Position numbers and translations under genes: made by a program. The notes beneath the pieces are model-generated. The model did no database searches, was not told the DNA's origin, and saw only the letters and a program-made list of their open reading frames with translations. A stretch of DNA of 62,690 nucleotides, filler included, from Stramenopiles sp. TOSAG23-6 (Eukaryota), in assembly GCA_900128565.1 (NCBI GenBank). It is 8 parts of 8 records of this genome, joined end to end, with 100 filler letters (N's around TTAATTAATTAA, not from the genome) between each part and the next. Parts side by side here need not be neighbours in the genome. Positions count along the whole stretch, not along the records: positions 30,010 to 39,883 come from LT636346.1; positions 39,984 to 49,832 come from LT636347.1; 6 more parts are not named here. One strand, given 5' to 3'. Position 1 is the first letter of the stretch, and every line of letters begins with the position of its first letter. Shown one piece after another: positions 34,401 through 47,900 of this stretch.

Positions 34401-36572
34401 TCACTGAATTTTTGGAGACTTGAGGAAAACTTTCCACATAAAAGCTAACGCGCCAGCAGTACCTCCTGAAACTACCAAAGTACCAACCCAACCTATTAGA
34501 ATTCTCTTTAAAGTTGAATAATTTACCCCCTTTTGGCCTTCAGCCCATGCGACACCACAAGTTGCCCCGACTTGACAATGAGTTGTTGATAAAATGTCAT
34601 GTGAAAAATATTTCAAAATTTTTAAAATTATTGTTAGGTACTATCTTTTCTATGAAAAAACAATTCGAAATTCAATTTGAAAACGTACGGAAGTCCGAAT
34701 TGAGTTCCAAAAATAATAACAGATACCGATCCAAGTTCAATTGCAAATCCTCTAGAAGGAGATGTATTTAGGTAAAATATGTTTCAANTGTGAAATTTGT
34801 TAGTTTTTGTGAAAAAAAATAATTTGAAATTGAAATTTGAAATTGAAATGAATGATGAAAACGTAGATACTTTAAAAAAAATATTTTTTTGTTTACGTAC
34901 AAAAGTTCGTATGAAAAAAAAAAAAAATTAAATAAATGATGAAAACGTACATACTTTCAACATTTCTGTTCCTAATACATCCATAATTTTATACCCCCAG
35001 CTATAAAGACCTAAAACCAATCCCACAGCTCCGATAGATAAAATCCAATAAGCATCACTCCCTATTTGTTGATCACTAGCAATCATATTACTCTTATATA
35101 TCATATAGATTGACGCAAAGGGCCCTATCGAATTTGAAATGTCATTCGCCCCATGTATTGTGAAAAAATATTTCTTTTTTTTTGTTAGGTACAAAATTTG
35201 GTACGAAAAAAAAATAAATTCGAGATTCAAAAAAATAAAACAAACATGTATTGTGAAAAACTTCTTTTTTTTTTACAAAAAACAAAATTCGTTTGGTAAA
35301 GAACTTCATACCCAAAAACAAAATTGAAAATTGAAAACGTACATGTGAAAAGGACCCACAACAACAAGTGAATACTTGCACGTATTTAAAAAAGGCTTCT
35401 GTTTTTTCATCAAATATTTCTGCATTTTTATGAACTGCCATTGTTTCTTCATTATCAAAAATTTCAACGTCTAAATCGTCTTTTATTAACTCAAACACTT
35501 GTTTCTCTTTATTCTTTTCAATATCAATATCAAAAAAAACAGACCCTTGCTCCCCTTGAGCCTTTAACCCTAACCCTAATTCATTCCCCTTTGCTTGAGC
35601 GTCTGTTTTATGGGTTTTATGGTACGCCATTGCAGTTCTTGTAGTTGTATTTACATCTGATGATGAACCGACAGGATTACTTGTTCGTTTTGTATTAGTT
35701 TTCTTTAATTCTATTTCACAAAATGTTTCATCAGGTTTCTCAATTTGCTTTCGTATCCAGGGAAAAGCCAAAGGAATGTATTTTGGAAAAATATTTCAAA
35801 AAAAAAAACTAAAATTTGTTAGGTACAATTAAACATACACCATTAAAAGTGACAGAATTAAGGCGAGACCCGCAGAAATGCTCAGTGCAACAAAGAAATT
35901 TAAATTTTTCACAATTTCAGAACCAGTCTTCAAAATTATAAATAAAAAGCAGATCGTAAAGGTACTAAAAACAACAACGGGATAAAATGAATAGGCTCGT
36001 TCATATGAATTGTTTGACCGGAGAATAAAAGTGCGAACAATTAGAAATAATGCATTAGCAAATATAGTTGATAACACAGGAGCCACAAACCAACTGACTA
36101 AAATACCAGAAATCCCAGAGATATAGGGAAAGGTATCTATTCGTTCATACCATTTAACGCAATTTATATCAGCGAGTACCATTGTCATACCCACGATACT
36201 TCCCACACAAGAATGCGTTGTCGAAACTGGCATTTTTAGAAAGGTTGCAAAACCTAACCATATTGCGATAGAAATCTGGACGCAAAGCATACCATACATC
36301 AATAGCACAGGGTTACTTTCAAAACACTGCTCATTGGCGATGCCTTTGCGTATTGTTTCGGTGACGCCTGATCCAAATAATACAGCGCCTACAAACTCAA
36401 AGAATGAAGCAAGCAGCATCCCTTGCTTTTGAGTGATAGACTTTGCACCTACAGCTGTCGCGATACAATTAGCAACATCGTTAGCTCCAATTCCTAAAGA
36501 TGCCACAAAAGTTGCTATTCCACCAACAATAACAATCCAAATATAACTATGAGTATCATAAGTATTGGCCAT
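34401..36572 (-). CDS. PiT/PHO4-family inorganic phosphate transporter; introns 35776-35838, 35153-35342, 34762-34950, 34594-34688
   Basis: GIGANDVAN, PVSTTH, spliced SFSH|GANDISN, KV|SPSRGFAIELG and GL|PLSTTHCQVGA. Confidence 0.95.
34594..34688 (-). other. Family intron with an unambiguous GT-AT boundary
   Basis: ctt cc|gtacgt...gacat|t tta tca restores GLPLSTTH of PiT; no flanking repeat allows the junction to slide. Confidence 0.9.
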
Positions 36573-36790
36573 TTTAAAATTTTATGATTTTCTTGCTGAA
36601 AAATGCATAATACTGGGAATAACACGTAGTATCCTAGTCAGTCAGTCGTACACTGTCATAAAATTGCAACACGAAATTTAAATTTCTTTTTTATTTGATC
36701 AACAAAAAACTTGAAAAAGTGACTTTTCAATCAAAGTTTAAACTTTCTTTAATTTGAAGGGCAACTATATTTCCTATACTAGTATATTTA

Positions 36791-37834
36791 TTATTCTGGG
36801 CCAAAAATCAACGCATACAATGCAAACAACATAAAAAGTGTTCCACCAAAGAAAGCAATTGTTCTTTCTGAAATTCTTGAAGCGAGTAATTTCCCTCCTA
36901 AAACAGCCAGTCCAGTGCACAACGAATGCCCAATAATCCCCCCGAAAATTACACCAAAAGGATCCTTCGCAGCAGCTAGTGCAATCGTTGCAATTTGACT
37001 TCTGTCTCCCCACTCTGCGAGAAAGGTCAGAGTAAACGCCTGTAACAAAGTTCTTAAAAATTTACTTTTTGGTTTACTAAATGCTCCAAATGTTGATTTT
37101 TTCCCGCCATTTTCCATGCCAGCGATATCATCTTGATTTTTATGCACTTGTTCGTATTGATTATCATCATGTTCTTTGAGCTCCATCTCAGCTTCTTCCA
37201 TCTCTTCAGAAACACCAAGGCCTGTGCCTTCTGCCTGCATTCTAAAAGCATCCTTCAACATTTTATATCCGAATAAAACAAACAATGCCACGGACAAATA
37301 ATGAGTATATTGACGAGGAATTAAACTAGGTAAGACAAATCCCATTGCAACTGAAAGTATTGTCATGACAGCAAGTGCACCAATTGCACCAGCAAAGACG
37401 GTGAGGCGGGGTTGACGCATGGCCATAATGGCTGCAATGAAGAAAGTTTTGTCTCCAATCTCTGTCGCTATAATCATCCCAAGGCTATTTAACAATCCAG
37501 ACCAGAAAGAAAGAACCTCTTTCTGATGTTTACTATTAGAATCCTTCAAATGCTCCCGATGAGAACTACCGTTCATAACACCATCATGGAAATCGATGAA
37601 GCGCTCAGCAAACTGTCGCTGTGACTGAAGCTGCCCCTTACGAAATTTTGAAAATTCGATTCGATCGAGGCTATCATTTTTATTTGTATCCGCCGCCAGA
37701 AATTCTTTGGATACAATTGTCACAAAATTTTCCTCATTTCTAGGTTCACTAAGCTCTGTTGTGAGAGACGCTACTGAGAGGAACAAATTCCCAGAGAAGA
37801 CCAAAAAGGAAGCAAAAACTGGAATAGCCTTCAT
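36791..37834 (-). CDS. GDT1: GDT1/TMEM165-family Ca2+/Mn2+ transporter with an N-terminal EF-hand
   Basis: Two UPF0016 motifs, EIGDKT and EWGDRSQ; DTNKNDSLDRIEF loop. Intronless. Confidence 0.93.
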   Translation of the reverse strand: MKAIPVFASFLVFSGNLFLSVASLTTELSEPRNEENFVTIVSKEFLAADTNKNDSLDRIEFSKFRKGQLQSQRQFAERFIDFHDGVMNGSSHREHLKDSNSKHQKEVLSFWSGLLNSLGMIIATEIGDKTFFIAAIMAMRQPRLTVFAGAIGALAVMTILSVAMGFVLPSLIPRQYTHYLSVALFVLFGYKMLKDAFRMQAEGTGLGVSEEMEEAEMELKEHDDNQYEQVHKNQDDIAGMENGGKKSTFGAFSKPKSKFLRTLLQAFTLTFLAEWGDRSQIATIALAAAKDPFGVIFGGIIGHSLCTGLAVLGGKLLASRISERTIAFFGGTLFMLFALYALIFGPE

Positions 37835-38200
37835 TATATTCTATAAATCGTACAACACACTTGTGGAAGGAAGGTCACCGCAATTGAGTAAATACGAAAG
37901 GGGTATCTATTTGCTAAATGAATAGCAAGCTATGGCAAATAGTGAGGTTTCACTTTGACTCTGCCACGACTTTATTCGTAGGCTCTAGTAAGAGTAAGGC
38001 TACTACAGGTATCAAATTCAACGATGTCCAGTTCGAGTTTTTGTGACCCGTCACACGAAATCTCGAATATTTTTGTAATAACCCTAACCCTAACAACCTT
38101 TCTNNGCGCGGGTTGTAACACGTAATACTATTAATACGAAATTTCGACGAAGTTAGTGTGCATTTACCCATTGGTTGCATTAGACGAGACTCGTTCAACC

Positions 38201-39736
38201 ATGGCGTCGGATCAGATAAAGAAGCTTCAGGCGACATTAGAATCTATTCTTGATTCAGCAAATTCAATTGATGTGCGTGTAAGCCATGTCGTTCGTCTTC
38301 GAGATAGTCTCGACAGAATAAGTTCTAGTGATTACGGTGACTTTTTGACCATGTTATTTCCAGCAACTCGCTCAGTATTAGTAGGAGCAAGTAATATGAG
38401 CCCATTCCCATCCCCATCTTTTGTCGAATGTCCAGAGAATGATTTACGCCATGGTTTACTCGAAATTTTGAGTCGTTTACGGAAGAATGATCATCTTAAG
38501 TTGCATGTAAAAAGTCTCTTCAACATTTCTCTCAGGGTTCTCGAGGCAGATAATGAAAAAAACGCACTAATAGCGCTACACATCATATTTGATCTCCACA
38601 AGAAATTTAGACCAACGCTTGGATCGGAAGTTCAACCATTTCTAGACTTCGTTCAGCATATGTATAACAGTCTTGGTACGTCTGTTGCTAAAGTGTTTTA
38701 TAAACAAAATGCTGTTTCACAGAAAATAGAAGAAACCAGTGGGGACACTACCAATATGGTAATAGAACAAGTAGGAGTACAACCAGAACATCTAAATCAA
38801 ACTCAATCAGTAAATAGTGTCTCCGTTAGTGTGGAACCAAATTCATCACAGGTTCAAGAAACTGCGAAAACTAACGCAAATGTACGTTTTCAAAATTGAA
38901 TTTTTTACCTACATTTTTTTCTTAGAAAATTTTGTACCTAACAAAAAAAATATCTAAAATTATTTTTGCACAATACATGTTACAACTAAAGAAAAGCCCA
39001 ATGTTGCTAAAACTCGACCAAAAATTCCTCGCGGCCTTGAATCTTTCAAGGTTCTTACTGAGTGTCCATTGATAGTAATGCTTGTCTTCCAAGTTTATCC
39101 AAGATTTATACAAAAAAATATACGTGCTCTTATTCCAAAGATGGTGGCAGCTTTGGAACTTCACCCGCATCAGAGGCAAGCATCCACAACAAGTATTACT
39201 GAAAATTCTACACAACAAAATGTTGTTAGTCAAACTTTGAAGTCTCCAGAAATTCGCCGCCGTTACGCGGAATTTATTTCGTGCCAAGTAAAAACATTGT
39301 CGTTCCTTACATACTTGCTTCGAGGGTTTTCTAAATTTATGAAACCGTATGAATGTACAATTGCTGAGTGTGTAGTAGCGCTCTTAAAGTCTTGTCCTTC
39401 AGGAGCTGCAGTAACACGAAAAGAACTTTTAGTTGCAAGTCGACATATTTTAGCTACTGATTTCCGTGTGGGATTTTATCCTTTAGTAAAAGGACCATCT
39501 CATCTAAGTATGAAATCATTACAACCATTAGCTTATTCAACTTTGGCGGATCTAGTGCATCATATGCGTTCTCAGCTTACAATGGAACAACATGAGCAAG
39601 TGATATTCGTATTTTCACGAAATATAAATGATCCATCTTTGCCATTAACGATACAAGTCACATCTGTGAGACTTCTACTAAACTTAGTTGACCACATATT
39701 TCATAATAAGGTGCCCGATAAAAAAATAGGTAGAGT
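38201..39736 (+). CDS. TRRAP: TRRAP/Tra1 N-terminal fragment (3' truncated); intron 38882-38978, next intron starts at 39737
   Basis: DNEKNALIALHIIFDLHKKFRP, SFKVLTECPLIV, QVKTLSFLTYLLR, RKELLVASRHILATDFR, LAYSTLADLVHH. Confidence 0.93.
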
Positions 39737-39983
39737 GTACGTTTTTATCATGCATTTTAAATTTATTTATTTTTTATATCTCGCGCAAAATATCGTACCT
39801 GCCATTTTTTTTGACTCCTTCTATGTTGTCCTCTTACATTTCACTTTCATTTCTTATTTTGGTAGAAAAATGTATACCTAACANNNNNNNNNNNNNNNNN
39901 NNNNNNNNNNNNNNNNNNNNNNNNNNNTTAATTAATTAANNNNNNNNNNNNNNNNNNNNNNNNNNNNNNNNNNNNNNNNNNNN

Positions 39984-40246
39984 AAGAGGCAGCTTGGGCA
40001 AATGACTTAGAAGTATTGAAATGGTTAAGAAGTCAAAATCCACCTTGTCCATGGCATGGAGGTACATGTGATATGGCAGCTCGAAATGGTAACTTAGAAG
40101 TATTGAAATGGGTAAGAAGTCAAAATCCACCTTGTTCATGGGATGAAGATATATGTCAATGTGCAGCTGAAAATGGTCAATTAGAAGTATTAGAATGGTT
40201 AAAAGAGGTAAAAGCACCAGGATATGAAGAATATGAAAATTACTAA
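39984..40246 (+). CDS. C-terminal fragment of a CPW-type ankyrin-like repeat protein
   Basis: LEVLKWxRSQNPPCPW units, the same family as the genes at 53100 and 54345. Confidence 0.8.
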
Positions 40247-40413
40247 TAAAAATGTAGATTGAATTTCAATTTAATTTCCATATTAAGAAATTCAAGACTC
40301 AAAAGAGTCTACTACTAATCAAGACAACAGCTTATTAGCTACAACAACAACTACCGTAATTATTTTTTTAAAATACAAATTTGAGATTTAAAAGTTTTTA
40401 TTAAAGATTAAGG

Positions 40414-41757
40414 TTAATCCACCATAGTAGTATCCGGTGTATTTTGACATAAAAAATTATTATTCACAATAAAGTTGATACACTGAAGAAGAAGATTATG
40501 ATCAGAATGAATTTCTTTAACTAATAATTTTTGTAGTAAAGTTTTGCGTTTCGGTTGAATCGATGTTCCATTGCACAACTTTCTTTTTTTATTACGCCGT
40601 TTTTTTATCTTTTTATTTGATTTTGATGTCTCGGTCGTAGGGTTTTCATTATCCTTTGATATCTTTGATGTAGATTCCGAGGGTATAACAAATGCTCCAA
40701 GTTCTTTAGCCTTCTTTGCAGCATTTTCTTTGCGTGTACTATATTTTGGAAAAATATTTCAAAAAAAATCTAAAAAAAAAATGTTAGGTACAAAATTTCC
40801 TATAAAAAAAAAAAAAATTCGATTTTTTTGTAAAAAAAAAAATAAAACATACATATTTTTTGTACTTGGCCAATTACGGCGTCTAGCTTCCCTCCATTTT
40901 TCCATCTCAGCTGCTGTCTCATCCATTTTATGAACATTTTTATATTTTTCAGGAATGCACTCCAACATTGTGCGTGACATTTTTGGTTTTTGGTTCGTGT
41001 GTGCTTTCCGGTAATGTTCCTGGACTATTTTTTTGCTAGCACTAAATGTACAATCCTTATGCTTACAAGAAATATGACTTTTTTTATGGAGAACAAAACT
41101 CTTTTCAGTTTTGAATTCACGATTGCAGGGTTCACACTTGAATGTCTTCGTTATTCTATCTATTGCCGCGGTACCTTTCGCATCACCTTTTGTACATTTA
41201 TTTGATAGAATTCTACTTTTGTCTACTTCATTTATTTTTCCATGAAAACAAATTTGACTTTTGGTATTATTTGATCTATTGAAAGTAGAGTTATGTGTTG
41301 AATAGTTGCCTTGTATCATATGTTGTGGATGAAAATTGGGTGGGTGATGGATAGCATATGGTACAAAGTGTCTATTAGGCATGGTATGGGGTTGTAATGA
41401 GTGTTGGGGAGCATGTGGTACGAAGTGTCTATTTGGGTGACCACTGGGTAGGATATGATTCTGTGATGGGTAAGGGTTTCTTTGTAAAAAATGTTGCCCA
41501 ATATGTTGCTGAGGAGGAGGCATTATCGAACCATATGAAGCAACTCCATATGTATGCGGTACATGTGGTATATGGTGGACGTTTGCCGCACCTTTATTAC
41601 AATTCCACTGGTGTTGTTGTGGAGGGTACACAAGGAGTGGTTGGGTTGGATTATGAGGGTTAGGATTACCTTGCCGACTATTTGTAAAACCTGGAGGAAG
41701 TGTGCCTTGTGGTGGTACATACGGGTTATAAGGCGAACCTCGATGTCTTGAGGCCAT
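40414..41757 (-). CDS. NUFIP1: NUFIP1/Rsa1-like snoRNP assembly factor; intron 40739-40852 (GT-AG)
   Basis: C2H2 fingers, EMEKWREARRRNWPS, and C-terminal LLQKLLVKEIHSDHNLLLQCINFIVNNNF. Confidence 0.85.
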
Positions 41758-42011
41758 GCTTATCAATACTAACTAGACTTTCTATCAGTTTGAAGTCCCT
41801 TAAACGATTGTTATGTGAAGAACCAGTAGCAAGGTAGTGTCAAGATTTCACTGACTTCCAAGATCAATCAAAACGATGTTACCCGGTAATGGATGTCGTC
41901 CGAAAAATTCGCTCCTCCTGAGAACTCCTTCTTGTAAAAGGTAATCTTGTTCTTGTCTCCTCCTCTTTTTTATAGTTTCTCTACATTCTTTGAAAAATTA
42001 TAAATTCAGCA

Positions 42012-43595
42012 ATGCTAAAGTTGACAATAAACACATTAATAGAAGCTTGGAATAAGTGCGAACGAGGATCATTCAACCCAAAATTATTTTTTAAATTGTT
42101 CTTTTTATTCCCAGTACTTTTCTCTTTCTTCATCTCACGAAAGTTACATTTGGTTACAAACATAAACGAGGAAACAAATACATTACTTTCAGCTACAAAA
42201 CCATTTTTAAAGCTCTATGCCGAACAATTAAAACGCACTAGTTCAAATTCTACTATCCCTCATCCTTCTGGCAAGTTTTGGAATCGATGGGCTGAGGATT
42301 CTGACTGGAAGCCACCGACGAAGGAAGACATTGATTCTCGCCCTCTTCTTGAGCTTATTATGATTATTAAAGATGAAGCGGATAATATTGTTCAAACTAT
42401 TGAAGCTGCAAAACCATACATTGATCATTGGACTATCGTTGACACTGGCTCAACAGATGGCACTGAAATATTGGCAGAAAAGGCCCTGGAAGGGATCGAA
42501 GGTACCCTCTACAAAGAGCCATTTATAGACTTTTCTACCACACGAAATCGAGTGATGGAGCTTGCAGGAACTCGCTGTGTATTTGCTTTAATGCTTGGTG
42601 GTGCAGAGTTTCTTCAAGATGGGGAAGGATTACGGGAATTTCTTGAAGAACAGCGCCATTTACCCCACAAATTTGGTGATGTGCTTGATGGGAAAACATA
42701 CGAATCTTTTTTGATACGAATCTTATATGGGAAGAATACAGTCTTTAATTTGGCACGCATTACTCGTACTGATGCTCAGTGGTATTATACTGGAGTGACT
42801 CATGAAGTGACTACAGATGGCAATGGTCGTTACCCATCTGTACACATAGTAACAAAGAATATCGAGTATCCTGCAATTTTCCATGATTTATCGTTTAATA
42901 CGGCTGAGGGGAACAAAAGGCGATGGGAATTGGATGTTGCATTGTTGTTAAAAGAATGGAACGAGAGGCCTTCAACAAGGGGTGCTTTTTACATAGCACA
43001 GTCATTTCAGTGTCTCGATCGTCATGCGGAAGCATATGTATGGTTTCAAAAGCGTGCTCGCATGGNAGGTTGGTTTGAAGAGGTATACGAAGCAAAATTT
43101 CGTATGGCAAAAATGGCTTCATATATGTACGTTTTTTACCCTACTTTTCAATGTAGTAATTTTTTTTTTCATACGAAATTTTGTACCTAACAAATTTTGA
43201 ATTTTTTTTAATTTTCATACTATATGGGAGTTGAGTGGCCGACAGTACAACAACTGTATCTCGACTCTTATGATTATTCACCATCGAGAGCTGAACCATT
43301 GTATGAAATCGCAAATCATTATTTTAAATTGAAACAATATAATTTGGCATATATATTTGCTATTCGAGCAAATCAAATTCCATTTCCAAAACATTTAAAT
43401 CTATTTGTTGACAAAACTTTGTATGACTTTGAAAGACATGATTTGCTAGGTATTGTGGCTTACTATGTAAAAGAATTCAAAATAGGCGAAANGCATGCTC
43501 GTATTGCTTTAGAGTATAAACCTCATAGTAAACGACTGAGAAAAAATNTGCAGTACTATACAGATAGAAAAGACAAGAATGAAGATTCCTCCTAA
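42012..43595 (+). CDS. GT2-type glycosyltransferase with TPR C-terminus; intron 43127-43225
   Basis: MIIKDEA, IVDTGSTDGT, FIDFSTTRN, YTGVTHE, FYIAQS, PSRAEPLY. Confidence 0.85.
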
Positions 43596-43847
43596 GAGAT
43601 TTGTAAAAAGTACAAAAAAACAAAAAAATAGTAAAAGATCATTAATGGCAAGTTTTTGTAATCTTAAGAAATAAAATTAAGTTTTCTGACATGTTTCCAC
43701 TCGTCTCATGAGAATAGACCATACAATCATACATATCCTGAATATTATACAATTGTACAGTGGAGATTTTCAATACAATACGGGAGAACCACTTCGATTA
43801 AAAACTTAAAAGTTGTTTCAATTAAGTGTGAAATTTCACTATTTCAT

Positions 43848-44728
43848 TTAAGCAGATTTCTCAGTAGATTCGGTGCGTTCGCGGATAGCAGCACGCTCCA
43901 TTTTACGAGCACGTTGGTTCTTAGCACGGAGCTTACGAGACTCAGCAATAGCATCAGCAGCCTTCTTTGCTTGCTGTTCAGCTTTGCGTTTGTGGATTGC
44001 CTAGAATGTGTTAGAATAGACAAAGTTAATAAAGGTTAGTAAAACAGTAAAAGAGGTACCACCCCCATCACTACAAGCTTCCCACTGTATTCTCGTTATA
44101 TGGAGACAGATGGATAGTTTGAAGGACAGGGGCTAAGCCTCGATCACCGAAAGCGTTCAAAGTAAGTTGAAGAGAGGGTCCATTCTATTAGGGTTAGGGT
44201 TAGGGCCTAACCCAATTAGAGTAATGCCTCGCTTATCGTAGAAAAAGAAGAAGTCTTATATAATTACAATACAAAACAAAAACAAAAATATTAAGAGATG
44301 AAACGTACTTCCATGAGGACCTTCTTAGTCTTGAAGCGATTACCTTTAGCGAGCATATAAAGTTCGTGGTACAAGTGCTTGTCAATCTTTTTGGAGTCAC
44401 GGTACTTGCGAAGCATTCTACGAAGGACGCGCATACGGCGCATCCACATTACCTTTTCAGGCATGCGAGCACCAGCAGCACCACGACGTTTACCTGTGCC
44501 GCAATGACGACCGAGGTCCTTTTCTGCTTTGCGTTGACGAGCGCGGTTGCGAGAGTGAACAACGGTTGGTTTACGGAATACGAAACCATCCTTGATCAAC
44601 TTGCGGACGTTCTGACGAGAGTTCGCCATTGAGATCTCAGTAGCTTCATTTGGATCAAGCCAGATCTTGCGCTGACCACACTTGAGTAAGGAAGCAGCGA
44701 GACGCTTTTGGAGTTTAAGAGATACCAT
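43848..44728 (-). CDS. RPL19: 60S ribosomal protein L19 (eL19); conventional GT-AG intron 44001-44308
   Basis: [13 protein letters not shown]...WLDPNE...[21 protein letters not shown]; the intron ends ctaacacattctag. Confidence 0.97.
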
Positions 44729-44922
44729 TTTGAGGAGAGTTTGCAACGATTACACTTGCTGCGAAGGGAAAAAGAGGGCAAAGCAGAGGCAACGCAACCA
44801 CACGCCAAATTCTTCGAGTGAACTGAACTAATGAAACGTCTTGAAAAAGCAGGTTTGTTCCAAAAATCTACCTAAGAAGTCAAATCATTACCTAAGAAGA
44901 GCAAAATAAGTTCAAGGTTTTT

Positions 44923-47900
44923 TTATTCATTTATAGAAATTTTTTTCAGATGTGGTTTTCCTGCCAATATTTCATGCATTACTTCAAACTCTTCTATCGT
45001 CATGATTCCTTCCTTATACATGTATTGTGAAAAAAAAAATGTAGTCAAAATTTGTTAGGTACGGAATTTCGTACGAAAAAAAGATAAATTTGAAATTCAA
45101 TTTTGAAAACGTACATGTCAAGAGCCGAGTTCAAAAGGCTAACCGTTTCTTCGTTTTCATACTCGCTGTTTGGATGTAGTGAATGTTCTATACAAACTTT
45201 ATTTTCATTTGTAATGTTTGGATCTAATGAATCCTCTACACAAACTTTATTTTCATTTGTAATGTTTGGATCTAATGAATGTTCTACACAAACTTTATTT
45301 TCATTTGTAATGTTTGGATCTAATGAATCTTCTATATCTTTGAGCTCGTCTAATTTTGCTAAAGTATATATTTCATCCTTTTTTTCTTGCTCTTTCATTG
45401 TCTTATTTGTTTGATTTTTAGTCATCTCAATATCATCATGAGGAATACTATTTGAATCTTTTACATGTCCCCCCATTATTTGTTGAATAGACATAAGAGT
45501 CGTCTCAATGTTATCATGTGTGATAATATCTGATTTATTGACATTTGCAACCAATATTTGCTGAATAGAGGATAGGGTAGTCTTGATATCATCATGAGTG
45601 ATCATATCTAATTGGTCATCATTTTCNTCCAGTATTTGCTGAATAGATGTTAGAGATGTCTCAATATTACTTTTATGAATGAGATTATCTTCTTGTACTG
45701 GAGATTCGGCTGGAATTCCTTCGTGAGAATCCCATTCAATTTCACCCGTGTCATTATTGTGAAAGTATGAAATACCAGTAGCATGGACTCGTCTTACCCA
45801 ACCAGATACAATATTATGAGGTTTTTCTGTTGATGTTTGATCAGTGCGACTATTATAATAATATGCAACTCCTGTGGCGCTATCTCTATGCATTTCCCAA
45901 GCTTCATCTTTTTCGATCTTGTCTTCTGTCGAACCGTCTCCTCGCACTTTCCAATTATTATATTTATTGATGTTTTCAGAATGATTTGTTTGGATGTTTT
46001 CAGAATGATTTGTTTGGATGTGTTCAGAATGATTTGTTTGGACGTTGATACTGGTAGTTGAAACAGGAATTTTAGTCAAACCTACAGTCTTGTCATTTGT
46101 ATTACTGCTAATAGATAAGTGAATAGGTGAAAGATCAGTTTTCTCATTGTTTACATTGGTAGTATGATTTATCTTTTCTNTCGCCAACTCCTGCACAATT
46201 TTCGAAATATTTGATGATTTTTCATGTTTTTGTTCTACATCTGCGTTGAAATTATTTGTCGGACTTTGAGGTTGATTTCTTTCATGCCGCAGCTGTTGAA
46301 GTAGATTAGATGCATTACTTGCTTCTTTTCTATTTTTTCTTGTCTCTTGAGCTACACCAATATCAGTATCATTTTCATCAAGATCACTGTCATTTGTTAC
46401 ACTAAACAAACTTGTTACTGTTTTATTACTTGTATCACTTTGAAAAAACATACCATGAAGATAAGCAAAAGTTGAATCAGTCAAAGATGGTTGAATCTCT
46501 TCCTTGCTTGTCATTATGGGTGTTTGTATTTCATCATCAGATTCAAATAATTTCATATTTGTAGAATTTTCGATATCTTTAAGTTTTCTTAACTTTTCTG
46601 TAGTAAGTATTTCATCTTTTTTTTCTCGTTCTTTTATTGCACTATTTGATTCCTTTGTCTTCAATATATCGGACTTATTGATAGATTTACTGATAAAACT
46701 ACTTAGTATACTAGTACCAATACCCCCATACTCAATCANATCATCAAAGAATGTTGATGAATTGGATGAAGTTGTTGTGTTCCCTGATGTTGAAGATTTA
46801 CTTTCTGTAATATTAATTTCACCGACTTTTGTGTTTGTTTGAAAATCTGATGACTCATGTGTTAAATTATCAAATGTTGTTGGAGTTGTGCTGATGGCGG
46901 CAACATATGCTAATGTATCTTTTGGTGTACAAGGTAATGCTTCTGATATTGCTATACTATCTACTTTTGAACTATTTGTTTCTTCTTCAATCATTTCTTC
47001 TTCAATCATATCTTTTCCCTCTTCTTTTGTTTTCATTGTGGTAGAAAAAGACATTATTTCGTAACTATCTGAATGATACCCTGTATCAATACATGCGTTT
47101 TCAAGACTCTCATCTAATGGAATTGTTAGACTTTCGGCTTCAATGTGTGAAAAACTACCATCACACTCATCACTTTCATCACTTGAGGACAACGAATTCT
47201 CAATTTCATTAAATAGTTTATATATACAAGAGACTGCGTGAAGAATCCGCGATTGCCATAATGGATTATCAATACCGATATCAATCAATATCTCCCTATC
47301 AAGTTGAACGAGTAAAGTTCCATCAATTTCTTCCAACACAAATAAACGAGCCAATTGTTTAGGAATTTCAACTGATTGCTCAAGCCATCGACATACACGA
47401 TTTGGTGTCCATTTTAGTAAAGTTTTACAGAGTCCTATAGATGATGTACGGATACATGCTTCTTCAATTCTTTTTTTTGCCGATAATTCTCGCAATGAAA
47501 ATTTTTGAATTGCATTAAAAATTATTTGAGCAGAGCTTTCTCTCTGGCTTAATTTTCGACGTGTCCATATCAAACGTTGTTTCGATTGAATAATAAGAGC
47601 AGCCTCTGTATATCTTTTATGCTCCATTAAATGTACATTTGCGATTTCTCTACCCTTTTTTCCTCTAAAGAATCTCTGAAGATGTAATACACAATCTCGG
47701 CGCTCTGATGCTCCTGTTCTTCCTGTTCGTTTCAATGCCACAACGAAGTTTCTAATCAGAGACATATGCTCTGGTGTTACTTCACGCAAACCGTAGAGTA
47801 ATGTATCATTTGTTGCAATAAGATTATCTAAACGGAGAAGCATTGGACCATCAATTTGTAATTTCTGGAAAACTTTACAATATTGAGGTAAAGCAATCAC

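Noticed and set aside
39470-39510. TRRAP seems about 10 aa short between GFYPLV and KGPS
   Set aside because: Based only on my recollection of orthologues; the frame is intact and it could be real divergence or a local collapse.
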